From: Chloroflexota bacterium
GTDB taxonomy: Bacteria; Chloroflexota; Chloroflexia; Chloroflexales; Herpetosiphonaceae
Assembly (NCBI GenBank): GCA_020161265.1
Contig: JAIUOC010000003.1
Coordinates: forward strand, 107,024 to 171,023
Direction: 5' to 3'
Length of the DNA stretch: 64,000 nt
In this document: piece after piece, positions 49,381-58,659 of the stretch
Position numbering within the stretch: position 1 is the first letter of the stretch
Layout: each line of letters starts with the position of its first letter
Program-made: the position numbers and the translations under genes
Notes under the pieces: generated by a model
The model's database searches: none
Told to the model about the DNA's origin: nothing
The model's input: the letters and a program-made list of their open reading frames with translations, nothing else

Positions 49381-49418
49381 CAAACCACCTCTATGCTAGG
49401 TCATAGGGGTGGTTTTTT
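49381..49418 (+). terminator. Intrinsic terminator after dnaK
   Basis: AAACCACCTCTATG ... CATAGGGGTGGTTTTTT. Confidence 0.7.
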
Positions 49419-49466
49419 GGTTAATCAGGGTAGGCAAGTTAACACCTTTTGGGCTAAAATTCAGTC

Positions 49467-49495
49467 TTGCGATGGAGCCAAAAAATTGGTATGCT
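49467..49495 (+). promoter_or_regulatory. Sigma70-like promoter (TTGCGA-17-TATGCT) driving a structured leader plus a small charged-protein gene
   Basis: TTGCGA, 17-nt spacer, TATGCT. Confidence 0.45.
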
Positions 49496-49542
49496 ATTTA
49501 CACTATCGACCAGATGACATTTTGAAACCAAGGAGGGTGCAT

Positions 49543-49581
49543 ATGGCTGCTGTAATTGTGTTCTCAAACGGGGAGCTGTAA
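49543..49581 (+). CDS. Candidate 12-aa leader ORF (MAAVIVFSNGEL) with strong RBS
   Basis: AAGGAGGG 6 nt upstream of the ATG; stop codon lies inside the 5' arm of a stable hairpin (49571-49633). Confidence 0.3.
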   Translation: MAAVIVFSNGEL

Positions 49582-49683
49582 GTAGCTAGGGCACGATAGC
49601 CTAATTTAAATCGGCCCTGGGGCAGGCTCCCCGTAGCGCTCGTCGTTGCGGAATCAATTTCTATTGAGGAGTACGCTGTCGCC

Positions 49684-49875
49684 ATGAAAGGCCAAACACG
49701 CGATTATTTGAATGAAGAGTGGTTGGAAGACCAAGAAACTGAAGAAATAGCTGAGCGCCGCGAACGCAAAAATGATGATCGCCCACCGCCCAATCCGCGC
49801 CAACAAAAGGCTAAAGAATGGGGTCGGGCAATGGCGAAATATCATCGTCAGCGCAAAAAAGAAGGTCACCAATAA
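49684..49875 (+). CDS. Small highly charged protein (63 aa: acidic N-half, basic C-half)
   Basis: RBS GAGGAG before the ATG; followed by strong terminator; no recognisable family. Confidence 0.5.
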   Translation: MKGQTRDYLNEEWLEDQETEEIAERRERKNDDRPPPNPRQQKAKEWGRAMAKYHRQRKKEGHQ

Positions 49876-49881
49876 TGCCAA

Positions 49882-49915
49882 CAGCCCGCTGCAACTCGTG
49901 CAGCGGGCTTTGTTG
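49882..49915. terminator. Intrinsic terminator between convergent small-protein gene and the protease gene
   Basis: CAGCCCGCTGCA ... TGCAGCGGGCT then TTGTTG. Confidence 0.65.
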
Positions 49916-49935
49916 TGGATGCTTGCTTGGGTTTG

Positions 49936-51327
49936 TTAGTTGAAGATTTCACGTAAGGCGACGTAGTTGTCGATGACTGAAGGCGTTACGCGGCGCACCG
50001 TATTGACATATGAATTCAGGTTTGAACAGGTGAAACATTCTTCGGTGATAATCACTGCTGACACAACCGGAATATCTTTGCCGTGGTGGGCGCTGTATTC
50101 ATAATGATAAACTGGGCTACCACTATGACCAGCACTGGCATCACATTTCACATCGTAGCGCCGTGCCCAACCAGCACCATCCAAATTTTTGAACCAACGT
50201 GCACCACAATTGCCAGGATCACCATACATACGGGCTACTTGGCAGCCAGCTGGAGCATTGCCGCGATCAGCGCCAGTTCCGTTACAGTTGGGGTAACCAC
50301 GATTATAGCTGGTGGTGTTCTTCAAATAGGTTGCTGTGCGTGGAGCAACACCCATCCATGAAGTGGTATCACCCAAACGATCTGGCACAACGATCATCCC
50401 AATATCCCAGCGGGTGCGATTGCTTTGGTTTGGATCGCGCCATTCTTCAAAGGTCCAATACCATGATTCGACTGGTGGTTCTGGATCGAGCATAATCACA
50501 CTTGAGCTATAGGGTGCTGAGCCAGTGCCCGTGCCGTTCCGTCCAGGCGTGACTTTGATCGTAAACCAAACATTGGTTGCTTCACGATTAATACAATGGG
50601 CGGCGGTGATCAAGTGACGTGGCCCCACAAATGTCCCCGTACATCTCGAATCTTGGTTGCCGCTTACCCCTGAAAATTGGCTGATTGTGCGTAAGGGATA
50701 TTGGCTTGAATTGGTTTTTAATTCACGATTATCGTCGCCATTGCTCCAGCCAAACGGTGTGAATACTTCGGTTTGTTTGCTGCGTTGCGGCGGCGGCGGT
50801 GCATCAATATCGCCAGTGTAATCGGTGGGTATTTTGCCATTGAGCAAATCGTTGCGCTCATAGCAATCGCGAATTGCGCCGACTGTGCTGGCTTGCATCA
50901 CCACCCGAAATTCGTTCAAGGTTAAGGTGTTGAACACGCGGAAGGTGGCTGTTGAAGCAGGAACCGGATCCCGTTCGTATGGCTCATCGTCGCCAACTTC
51001 TGTTGGCAGCACTGGCAGCGTTGGCGCTTCATCAGTCAACACGCCAGTGGTGATAAATTCGACCGTCAACGTGCGATTGACTCGTTGAACCCCGCTGGGT
51101 GGATTGACCTGGCTAAGCTTGGTTTTGAGCGCGGCCAGTTGGAATGGATCGCCACTCAAACATGGTTGGGCACTGCCGCTCGTCTGGGCCGAAGTTGAAC
51201 TGGTGGTGATTGAAAAACTACTGGCGAGTAATCCGACCGTTCCTAACAGGCTCAGCGTCGAGCGCCAAAGTTGGCGAGTTTGTCGTTGCATTGCTACACT
51301 CCTTCTTGATTCCGATGGCTGTAGCAT
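49936..51327 (-). CDS. Secreted trypsin-like (S1 family) serine protease with long N-terminal pro-region
   Basis: Signal peptide; catalytic His motif ITAAHC and Ser motif AGHSGSPV in the C-terminal half. Confidence 0.8.
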   Translation of the reverse strand: MLQPSESRRSVAMQRQTRQLWRSTLSLLGTVGLLASSFSITTSSTSAQTSGSAQPCLSGDPFQLAALKTKLSQVNPPSGVQRVNRTLTVEFITTGVLTDEAPTLPVLPTEVGDDEPYERDPVPASTATFRVFNTLTLNEFRVVMQASTVGAIRDCYERNDLLNGKIPTDYTGDIDAPPPPQRSKQTEVFTPFGWSNGDDNRELKTNSSQYPLRTISQFSGVSGNQDSRCTGTFVGPRHLITAAHCINREATNVWFTIKVTPGRNGTGTGSAPYSSSVIMLDPEPPVESWYWTFEEWRDPNQSNRTRWDIGMIVVPDRLGDTTSWMGVAPRTATYLKNTTSYNRGYPNCNGTGADRGNAPAGCQVARMYGDPGNCGARWFKNLDGAGWARRYDVKCDASAGHSGSPVYHYEYSAHHGKDIPVVSAVIITEECFTCSNLNSYVNTVRRVTPSVIDNYVALREIFN

Positions 51328-51373
51328 AGCAGCCCGACGCTGAGCAAAAGTCTCATTTCGCGATCAAAAAGTC

Positions 51374-52141
51374 TCATTCTCCAATTGGCAACACCAAACC
51401 ATCGTAGGCAAGTTGTACATGCTCGGGCAAGTTGGCATGCTCAGTGTTGTAATCGAGGCTATGGCTCATATGCACAAAAAAGGCCTGTTCTGGCTGAATT
51501 CGGGCTACCGCAGCGAGTGCTTGCTCAACCGTAAAATGCAATGGATGCGGTTCATGGCGCAGCGCCCCGATAATTAAGCTCTTTACGCCATGCAATAGCG
51601 CAAATGTTGGCTCTGGAATATGGCTCACATCAGTCATGTAGGCCAAATCGCCAATTCGAAAGCCCAAAATCTGCCAATTACCATGATCAATTGGCAAGGG
51701 AATAATTGGCACATCACCAATCTGCAATGCTGAGCCATCGAGCAGATTCAAGCCCAAGCTAGGGCGAGTTGAGGCCGATTCGCCGCTAGCAAAGGCATAA
51801 TCATATTGGTAGCGAATGCGATCGAGGGTAAATTGATTGGCATACAGCGGCAGAATCCGTTGGGTATGCAAGGTAAATGGCCGCAAATCGTCGATGCCGC
51901 CAATATGGTCTTGATGCGGGTGGGTGACTAAAACTGCATCAAGCTGCCGTAAATTATGGCGCAAGCCTTGAAGCCGCAAATCTGGGCCAGGATCGATCAA
52001 AATGGTTGTGGTTGGGCTTTGAATCAAGGCAGCGGTGCGAGTGCGCTGGTTGCGTGGCTCAGTTGATGTACAGACGGCGCAATCGCAAGCCAACATTGGC
52101 ACACCCATCGATCCACCACATCCCAGAATTGTTAGTTGCAT
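51374..52141 (-). CDS. MBL-fold metallo-hydrolase
   Basis: HxHxDH motif (THPHQDHIGG); RBS AAGGAG 8 nt upstream of the ATG at 52141. Confidence 0.8.
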   Translation of the reverse strand: MQLTILGCGGSMGVPMLACDCAVCTSTEPRNQRTRTAALIQSPTTTILIDPGPDLRLQGLRHNLRQLDAVLVTHPHQDHIGGIDDLRPFTLHTQRILPLYANQFTLDRIRYQYDYAFASGESASTRPSLGLNLLDGSALQIGDVPIIPLPIDHGNWQILGFRIGDLAYMTDVSHIPEPTFALLHGVKSLIIGALRHEPHPLHFTVEQALAAVARIQPEQAFFVHMSHSLDYNTEHANLPEHVQLAYDGLVLPIGE

Positions 52142-52250
52142 CAAACCATCTCCTTGTGCTAGTTGGGTCACATGCTCAGCGCATTTTAGCATGGCCAGGC
52201 CCATTTTGCCGTTACAATGGAGTGAGCTTTGTTGATCTTTGGAGGTTGGT

Positions 52251-53015
52251 ATGAGCGCAGTAGTTGAGTTAAGCCGCGCCGAAATTGTGACAATTTGTGC
52301 TGTGGTTAGCGCAGCAAGTATTATGGGGGTTGCTCCGGCCCAAAATCCTGCTGAGCACGCTCAATTATTACAGCTTGGCGAAACCGCACTGCGCCAACGC
52401 CAGCTTGCTCAATCCGACCATGATGGGATGTTGATGATCGCCCGTGATCCGCTGGCGTTGGTCGCAACCTGTGCCTACCCCCAGCGCAGTTTGATCATCC
52501 ATCATGTGCAACATAATGGGTCGGTGCTGCAAGTATTTGGGCATAAACATGCCGATTCAGTGGTTTTCCACGAAGTGCTCAATCCTGATATGCAGCGCTT
52601 GCAGGCCGTTGGTTCGTTGGTGCAATTGGCAGAGCATAGCCTCGATTGGTGTGGCTATGCGGGAAATGCGGAGTTAAGTTTGCGCTGGCATATTCAAAGC
52701 ACGGTGTTGGCTGAAGCCCGCAGTTTGGTTGAACAAAGCGAGGAACAGGCGGCCCTGCAAGCCTTGGGCAATTCGGGCGTTTCCGCTGAAGCAGCCATCC
52801 GCTTGATCGAGTTGCTGAGCCAACCGCATACCACCACGATTTTCAATGCAGTGGTCTATCAAGGCCAGCAAGTGTTGAGCCGTGAATATAGTTTATTGCA
52901 AGCAGGCCAACACGCCTTGCTGATGACCCAAACCAACATTGAGCAAGATCTCTATCAACTTGAAACGACCAGTCGCGAACGCTTGGCCAATTTGTTGATT
53001 CAATCGTTAGCATAG
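52251..53015 (+). CDS. Hypothetical protein (254 aa)
   Basis: RBS GGAGG before the ATG; no recognisable motif. Confidence 0.5.
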   Translation: MSAVVELSRAEIVTICAVVSAASIMGVAPAQNPAEHAQLLQLGETALRQRQLAQSDHDGMLMIARDPLALVATCAYPQRSLIIHHVQHNGSVLQVFGHKHADSVVFHEVLNPDMQRLQAVGSLVQLAEHSLDWCGYAGNAELSLRWHIQSTVLAEARSLVEQSEEQAALQALGNSGVSAEAAIRLIELLSQPHTTTIFNAVVYQGQQVLSREYSLLQAGQHALLMTQTNIEQDLYQLETTSRERLANLLIQSLA

Positions 53016-53031
53016 TTTAGAAGGGCTCGGC

Positions 53032-53880
53032 GTGAATTCGCAGCAATCAAATCAGCTTATTCAAGGCGAAATGTTCGATGTTATCGGCTCAATCGCGCCC
53101 CAATCGATTGATCTGTTGTATCTTGACCCGCCGTTTGCTGCTGGTCGGGTGTTTGCCGATAGCGCTGGAGCTTTTGATGACCGCTGGCAAGGTGGCTTAA
53201 CCGAATATTTGGCTTGGCTAGAGCAACGGTTGGTAGCTGCTCGCCAAATTGTGGCTGAGCATGGCTCGTTGTTTTTGCACCTTGATCGGCGGGCGGTGCA
53301 TTATGCCAAAGTGCTGCTTGACCAAACTTGGGGCTTCGAATGTTTCCGCAACGAAATTATTTGGCATTACACTGGCGGCGGGCGGGCGCGGCGAAGTTTT
53401 TCGCATAAACACGATACGATTTTGTGGTATAGCAAGCATCCGCAGCACTGGACATTTAATCTCCAAGCAATGCGCCAACCCTATAAGGCCAGTAGTGGTT
53501 TTGCCAAGGCCGGCATCCGTTCGGCGGCTGGCAAGCGTTATTTGCCGCATCCCGATGGCACTCCCGTCGATGATGTTTGGGATATTCCGATGCTCAACCC
53601 CATGGCTGCCGAGCGTTTGGGCTACCCAACCCAAAAGCCCGAACGCTTGCTGGAGCGAATTATTCTCGCAGCAAGCAATTCGGGCGATCTGGTAGCCGAT
53701 CTTTGTTGTGGTTCAGGCACGACGGCGGCAGTAGCTCAACGCCTAGGGCGACGCTGGATTGTGGCCGATCAATCGGCTGATGCCTTGGCTTTGGTGCGAA
53801 GTCGCTTGCGCCAACAAGCCGCCGAGTGGCAAGAAGCAATCATCCAACCTCAGCCAATTTTGTTTGCTGCCAAGCACTAA
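53032..53880 (+). CDS. Beta-class (permuted) DNA N6-adenine or N4-cytosine methyltransferase, apparently orphan
   Basis: Motif IV DPPF (LLYLDPPFAAG) precedes motif I (ADLCCGSGTTAAVA), the order typical of beta-group amino-MTases. Confidence 0.85.
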   Translation: MNSQQSNQLIQGEMFDVIGSIAPQSIDLLYLDPPFAAGRVFADSAGAFDDRWQGGLTEYLAWLEQRLVAARQIVAEHGSLFLHLDRRAVHYAKVLLDQTWGFECFRNEIIWHYTGGGRARRSFSHKHDTILWYSKHPQHWTFNLQAMRQPYKASSGFAKAGIRSAAGKRYLPHPDGTPVDDVWDIPMLNPMAAERLGYPTQKPERLLERIILAASNSGDLVADLCCGSGTTAAVAQRLGRRWIVADQSADALALVRSRLRQQAAEWQEAIIQPQPILFAAKH

Positions 53881-54472
53881 GCGCCGTCGCAGCCACCGCT
53901 GAATCCCAATGTTGATCAATCGCTTGATCGATTAAGCCTTGTAGATTAGGGCTAAGGCTGTTTGGCTGGGTGCGCAAATGGTCGAGCGTATTGGCCAATG
54001 CCACAATTTGGGCGCTACGGGCAGGATATTTGCTGCCACGTGGAAAGCCTGTGCCGTCGATCCGTTCGTGATGCTCAGCCACTAAGGGAATGAGCAGATG
54101 CAGCGTGGGATAAGCGCGTAAGACCTCAATGCCTTCGTTGACATGCTGTTGATAGAGCGCAACTTCCCAAACTGGGCTGTTTGATGCTGGCCGAAACAAC
54201 AGACTGCGCGGCATGCGGGTTTTGCCACAATCGTGCAACAGGGCTGCCAACCAAATCTGCTGCCGTTCATAGGTTGGCAAGCCTAGGCTATGGCTCATAT
54301 GCCAAGCCATGTGGCCAACCCGCAGCGAATGTTGATAGAGTTCATGCGAATGGCGAGCGATCGAATTTAAGATCAAATGGGCATCATAGGGTAGTTCAGG
54401 CGAGTTTGGCATCAAGGCTGCAATGTCACGCGGGATGGAGTGCCAAAATTCAGGAAAGCTTGTTGTGTCCAT
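53840..54472 (-). CDS. Stand-alone HD-GYP domain protein (putative c-di-GMP phosphodiesterase)
   Basis: HD motif (LLHDCGK) and HHERIDGTGFPRG (GYP read as GFP); 3' end overlaps MTase gene by 41 nt. Confidence 0.8.
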   Translation of the reverse strand: MDTTSFPEFWHSIPRDIAALMPNSPELPYDAHLILNSIARHSHELYQHSLRVGHMAWHMSHSLGLPTYERQQIWLAALLHDCGKTRMPRSLLFRPASNSPVWEVALYQQHVNEGIEVLRAYPTLHLLIPLVAEHHERIDGTGFPRGSKYPARSAQIVALANTLDHLRTQPNSLSPNLQGLIDQAIDQHWDSAVAATALSAWQQTKLAEVG

Positions 54473-54491
54473 GCCGCGTTCTCCTCTTCAA

Positions 54492-54977
54492 CTAAAGCAT
54501 CCCTTTGCTTGATTCGATGTTGCCCCATTGCCAAGCGGTGTTGAGTGGCGCGGTTTGCAATTGCTGGGTGACGGTAATACCTTCGATGTCGCCCCATTGC
54601 CAAGCGGTGTTGAGTGGCGCGGTTTGTAGTTGCTGGGTGACGGTAATACCTTCGATGTCGCCCCATTGCCAGGCGGTGTTAAGCGGGGCGGTTTGCAGTT
54701 GCTGGGTGACGGTAATACCTTCGATGTCGCCCCATTGCCAAGCGGTGTTGGCGGCGGCTGGTGTACCAAATTGAGGTGTTTGGCTGCTTGTGAGGGCAGT
54801 GTAAACAAAACTGGCAAAAATCAGGCCGAAGGTGACGAAGGCGAGAGCGATGCGGCGGCTAATCGTTGATGAATTGTACACTGGGAGCCTCCTAAGCTGT
54901 ATCAATTTGGGTCTGGATACAGCTTCGCTTTCGCAGTGCGACAACTCTGTGAATGGCATGCGACAGGCATGCGACAA
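54492..54977 (-). CDS. Small signal-anchored protein with ~3.7 perfect 23-aa tandem repeats (LNTAWQWGDIEGITVTQQLQTAP); start uncertain
   Basis: N-terminal hydrophobic segment IALAFVTFGLIFASFVY; nucleotide-identical 69-bp repeats. Confidence 0.6.
   Translation of the reverse strand: MSHACRMPFTELSHCESEAVSRPKLIQLRRLPVYNSSTISRRIALAFVTFGLIFASFVYTALTSSQTPQFGTPAAANTAWQWGDIEGITVTQQLQTAPLNTAWQWGDIEGITVTQQLQTAPLNTAWQWGDIEGITVTQQLQTAPLNTAWQWGNIESSKGML
54500..54770. repeat. 69-bp tandem repeat, ~3.7 near-identical copies, inside the CDS above
   Basis: Unit CCCATTGCCAAGCGGTGTTGAGTGGCGCGGTTTGCAATTGCTGGGTGACGGTAATACCTTCGATGTCGC repeats with only 1-2 substitutions. Confidence 0.9.
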
Positions 54978-55093
54978 TTATTAAGTTGTTATTTAATTGT
55001 TAGGTTTTCACTGAACGCTAAAAATTAAAAAAATCAGCCATGGTGCAGCAAACTACACCCATGACTGATCGATTTAAGCCGAATAATTTTAAT

Positions 55094-56308
55094 TTATTGG
55101 CGGTTTAGTTGCCTCCGCCGTAATAACACCAGCATTGGCCATAAACAGCAACTTGCTGCCACAAACGCCGCTGGGAGGCCCATGCGACTAGCGATTAAGC
55201 CAATGATCGGGCCGCCCAGAATCTGACCAAAGGCATCAGCTTGGCTATTGATCGAAATAATTGTCGCACGGCTGCGACTTTCAATCAGCCGATTGAGCCA
55301 CGCACTATACAGCGGTTGAATGCTTTGACGTAGCATTCGAATGAGCATAATCCAAAATAATGCTACAGCAAATTGTTGGGTGAACGCTAAACCAAGCAAG
55401 CCTGCTGCCAACAAGCCATATTGCCAGCGTAACAGCCAAATACTACGCTCGGTGGTGTTGCTAGCTAAGCGTTTAATCACGCTAACTGCCACCAAACTAG
55501 CCAAGGTTCCCAGTGCGGCGATTGCCCCAAACCATGTAACTGGTTGGAGATCAAGCAATGTTGGTAGGCCAATATTGTTGAGCAAATGCGCTTCCCACAG
55601 CCGATCGTAGCCTTCAGAAGCGGCTCCGGCGATGGCACTCATCACCATGAGACTCAATAATACTGGGTGTCCTCGTACCGTTTGCCAACCATGGGCGAGG
55701 GTTGCGCCAAAGCGGCCCCAACTTTGGCGTTGAGCAGCTGGCGCAGGGCTAAACTGGGTTTCTGGCATAAACCAGCGGATGCTGATCGCTAAACCAACCA
55801 AGGCGAGGCCACCACCAACGATTGGCCAAACCAAGCCAATATTTGCCAACACCACCCCCAGCCCGATGCCAAGCAAGCTGGCGATGCTGTTGAGTTGGGC
55901 GGCCTTGAGAAACAACGCCTCAACTGCCTCAACCCCGAGTTCATCGGTGATCCAAGCTTCGGTTGCGCCGCTCATCAGGGTATAGCCCAAAGCCCAAACA
56001 ACTTGAGCCAACAAACTACCAACAAAACTGCTCAGCCAAACCTCGCTGAGCGCTCCCAAGCCCAAAAAGGCTACTCCCAACACGACCGACAAACGCCGAC
56101 TATAGACATCGGCAACTACGCCCGTGGGAATTTCCAAGGCAAAGGCAGCAGCCTCAAGCATTGTGCCAACTAACACCAATTGCAATGGATCAAGCTGGAG
56201 CACTTGAATCCGATAGAGCATTGAGGCAGTAAAAATACAACTTAAGAGTAGTCGAGTACCAAACGATAAAACCAAATAGCTAAAACGCGCTTGCGGTTGC
56301 ACAGGCAA
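55094..56308 (-). CDS. MFS transporter
   Basis: 12 predicted TM helices; MFS-like motif GVVADVYSRR after TM2. Confidence 0.8.
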   Translation of the reverse strand: MPVQPQARFSYLVLSFGTRLLLSCIFTASMLYRIQVLQLDPLQLVLVGTMLEAAAFALEIPTGVVADVYSRRLSVVLGVAFLGLGALSEVWLSSFVGSLLAQVVWALGYTLMSGATEAWITDELGVEAVEALFLKAAQLNSIASLLGIGLGVVLANIGLVWPIVGGGLALVGLAISIRWFMPETQFSPAPAAQRQSWGRFGATLAHGWQTVRGHPVLLSLMVMSAIAGAASEGYDRLWEAHLLNNIGLPTLLDLQPVTWFGAIAALGTLASLVAVSVIKRLASNTTERSIWLLRWQYGLLAAGLLGLAFTQQFAVALFWIMLIRMLRQSIQPLYSAWLNRLIESRSRATIISINSQADAFGQILGGPIIGLIASRMGLPAAFVAASCCLWPMLVLLRRRQLNRQ

Positions 56309-56626
56309 CTCCTGCTAGAAAAATTCAGCCCAGCTGGCTGAGCCGCAGCGCGATGATTCCCATTGACCATTGATTGACCTTTCGGGGCTATCGTTGCTGT
56401 TGCTCAACCCAAACAATGCCAGCAGTCGTTGATAGTGTTTGCATGAATTGCCTCCAAATCAAAACAATAGCTGGTTTATATCAAGTTTTGGCGGGCTTGC
56501 CCTCGGTCTTAGGGCGCATCTCCAACACAACGCTAACGTAGCAAGCTTCTCGTGGTAGGCTTGGCTATGCTACAATCGGCCTAGCGGTTTAAGCCCAATT
56601 AAGCGTTTTATAAGGAGTAGCGACCT

Positions 56627-58501
56627 ATGGCTGAGCAACACGATGTTGCCAACGAGCGCGAACAGTTTCAATTCCAAGCTGAAATCCAACAAGTTTTGCA
56701 TATTCTGATTCACTCGCTGTATACCCACCGCGAAATTTTTGTGCGCGAATTGATCTCGAATGCTTCCGATGCTTTGAATCGGGTGCAATTTGAGATGTTG
56801 ACCAACCAAGATGTGCGCGACCCCGAGCTTGAATTAGCGATCACGCTAGAAGCCGATAAAGATGCGCGGATCATTCGGATTAGCGATACTGGTATCGGCA
56901 TGACCCGCGATGATATGATCAAGAACTTGGGCACGGTGGCGCAATCTGGCGCGAAAGCCTTTTTGCAAAAGTTGGGCGAAGCCAACCCAACCAATAGCAG
57001 CGAAATTATTGGTCAATTTGGCGTAGGCTTCTACTCGGTGTTTATGGCTGCCGATGAAGTGCGGGTTACCTCGTTGTCGTATCAGCCCGATGCAACTGCT
57101 TGGCGCTGGACATCGCGCGGCGAAGCAACCTACACCTTGGAAGCAGCCGAACGCAGCGAACGCGGCACGACGATCGAAATTGTGCTCAAAGAAGATGCCG
57201 AAGAATACGCCGAACGCTGGAAACTTGACCAAATTGTGCGCCAACACTCCAATTTTGTGGCCTTCCCAATTTATTCGGCTGAGGGCGACGAAAAGAAGGT
57301 GCTCAACCAACGCACGGCACTTTGGCGCAAGCAACCACGCGAAGTCACCCAAGAAGAATATAACGATTTCTATCGCCAAACCACGATGGATTTCACCGAG
57401 CCATTGAGCACAATTCATATTAGTACCGATGCTCCGGTCGATTTGCACGCAATTTTGTTCTTGCCCGCCAAACGTGAGCAAGGTATGATGCGCCAAATTC
57501 CTGATCCAGGCTTGAAACTTTATTCGCGCAAGGTACTGATCCAAGAGCGCAACGAAGAATTATTGCCCAAACATCTGCGCTTTGTTCAAGGTGTGGTCGA
57601 TTCGGAAGATTTGCCGTTGAATGTCTCGCGTGAAACCGTGCAAAGCAGCGGCACATTACGCCAAATTGCCAAAATTATCACCAACAAAATTACTAAAGAA
57701 ATTGAAACTTTGGCCGAAAATGATACTGAGAAGTTTGCTGAATTCTGGCGCGAATTTGGGCCATATTTCAAAGAAGGCTTGGTTACCGATCCAGGTACGC
57801 GCAGCCAAATTGAGCCATTGTTGCGCTTCCACTCGACCAACGGCGAGGGCTTGACCAAGCTCAGCGAGTATGTTGAGCGCATGAAAGAAGGCCAAGAAGA
57901 TATTTATTATGTGATTGCCGACAATCTGGAAACTGCCCGCCGTTCGCCACACCTCGATTATTTCAACGAACGTGGCTACGAAGTGCTGTTGATGCATGAA
58001 ACGATCGACAGCTTTGTCATTTCCAGTTTGCGCGATTTCCAAGGCAAAAAATTGCGCTCAGTTGATGATGCCGATATTGCTGGTGACGATGTTGAGCTAG
58101 AAGGCTCGCTCTCAGCAGCCACCCTCGGCCAACTTGGCGACCGGATCAAAGAATTATTGGGCGAGCAAATCAGTGAAGTGCGTGGCTCGAAGTTGCTGCG
58201 CAGCAACCCTGTGCGTTTGGCCGCACCTAGCGATGATTTTGGTCGCGATATGGATCGCATTCGGCGCATGATGGGTCAAGAATATAGCGTGCCAAGCCGA
58301 ATTCTTGAACTCAACCCACGCCACGCGATTGTCCACAACTTGGCCGCCTTGCTCGACGAGCCAGATCAAGCCGAATTGTTCGAGGTTGCAGTGCAACAAT
58401 TGTATGGTACAGCCTTGTTAGGTGAAGGCTTACACCCCAACCCCAGCGAGTTGATCAGCGGCGTGCATGCCTTGATCGCTGCCGCCACCAAAAAGCAATA
58501 A
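56627..58501 (+). CDS. htpG: Molecular chaperone HtpG (Hsp90)
   Basis: N-terminal GHKL ATPase motifs (YTHREIFVRELISNASDA; GQFGVGFYS); 624 aa. Confidence 0.95.
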   Translation: MAEQHDVANEREQFQFQAEIQQVLHILIHSLYTHREIFVRELISNASDALNRVQFEMLTNQDVRDPELELAITLEADKDARIIRISDTGIGMTRDDMIKNLGTVAQSGAKAFLQKLGEANPTNSSEIIGQFGVGFYSVFMAADEVRVTSLSYQPDATAWRWTSRGEATYTLEAAERSERGTTIEIVLKEDAEEYAERWKLDQIVRQHSNFVAFPIYSAEGDEKKVLNQRTALWRKQPREVTQEEYNDFYRQTTMDFTEPLSTIHISTDAPVDLHAILFLPAKREQGMMRQIPDPGLKLYSRKVLIQERNEELLPKHLRFVQGVVDSEDLPLNVSRETVQSSGTLRQIAKIITNKITKEIETLAENDTEKFAEFWREFGPYFKEGLVTDPGTRSQIEPLLRFHSTNGEGLTKLSEYVERMKEGQEDIYYVIADNLETARRSPHLDYFNERGYEVLLMHETIDSFVISSLRDFQGKKLRSVDDADIAGDDVELEGSLSAATLGQLGDRIKELLGEQISEVRGSKLLRSNPVRLAAPSDDFGRDMDRIRRMMGQEYSVPSRILELNPRHAIVHNLAALLDEPDQAELFEVAVQQLYGTALLGEGLHPNPSELISGVHALIAAATKKQ

Positions 58502-58516
58502 GTCTGAGTTCGCTCA

Positions 58517-58555
58517 AGCCCCTCTCCTACACAATGCGGGAGAGGGGCTTTTTTA
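58517..58555 (+). terminator. Intrinsic terminator after htpG
   Basis: AGCCCCTCTCC ... GGGAGAGGGGCT then TTTTTT. Confidence 0.75.
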
Positions 58556-58659
58556 TTTAAGCTTTAAGCCTAGATGAATCCCCAACTTGCGACTGATTAC
58601 GCCCCAAATATTTGTAATATGCTGGCTATGATTAACCCTGATCGTAAACGAGGTGAACG

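Noticed and set aside
54412-54817. Additional ORFs on both strands overlapping the 69-bp tandem repeat (54412-54666, 54488-54817, 54505-54774, 54630-54869)
   Set aside because: All are artefacts of the repeat being open in several frames. Only the frame with an N-terminal signal-anchor (54492-54977, minus) has a plausible start and topology.
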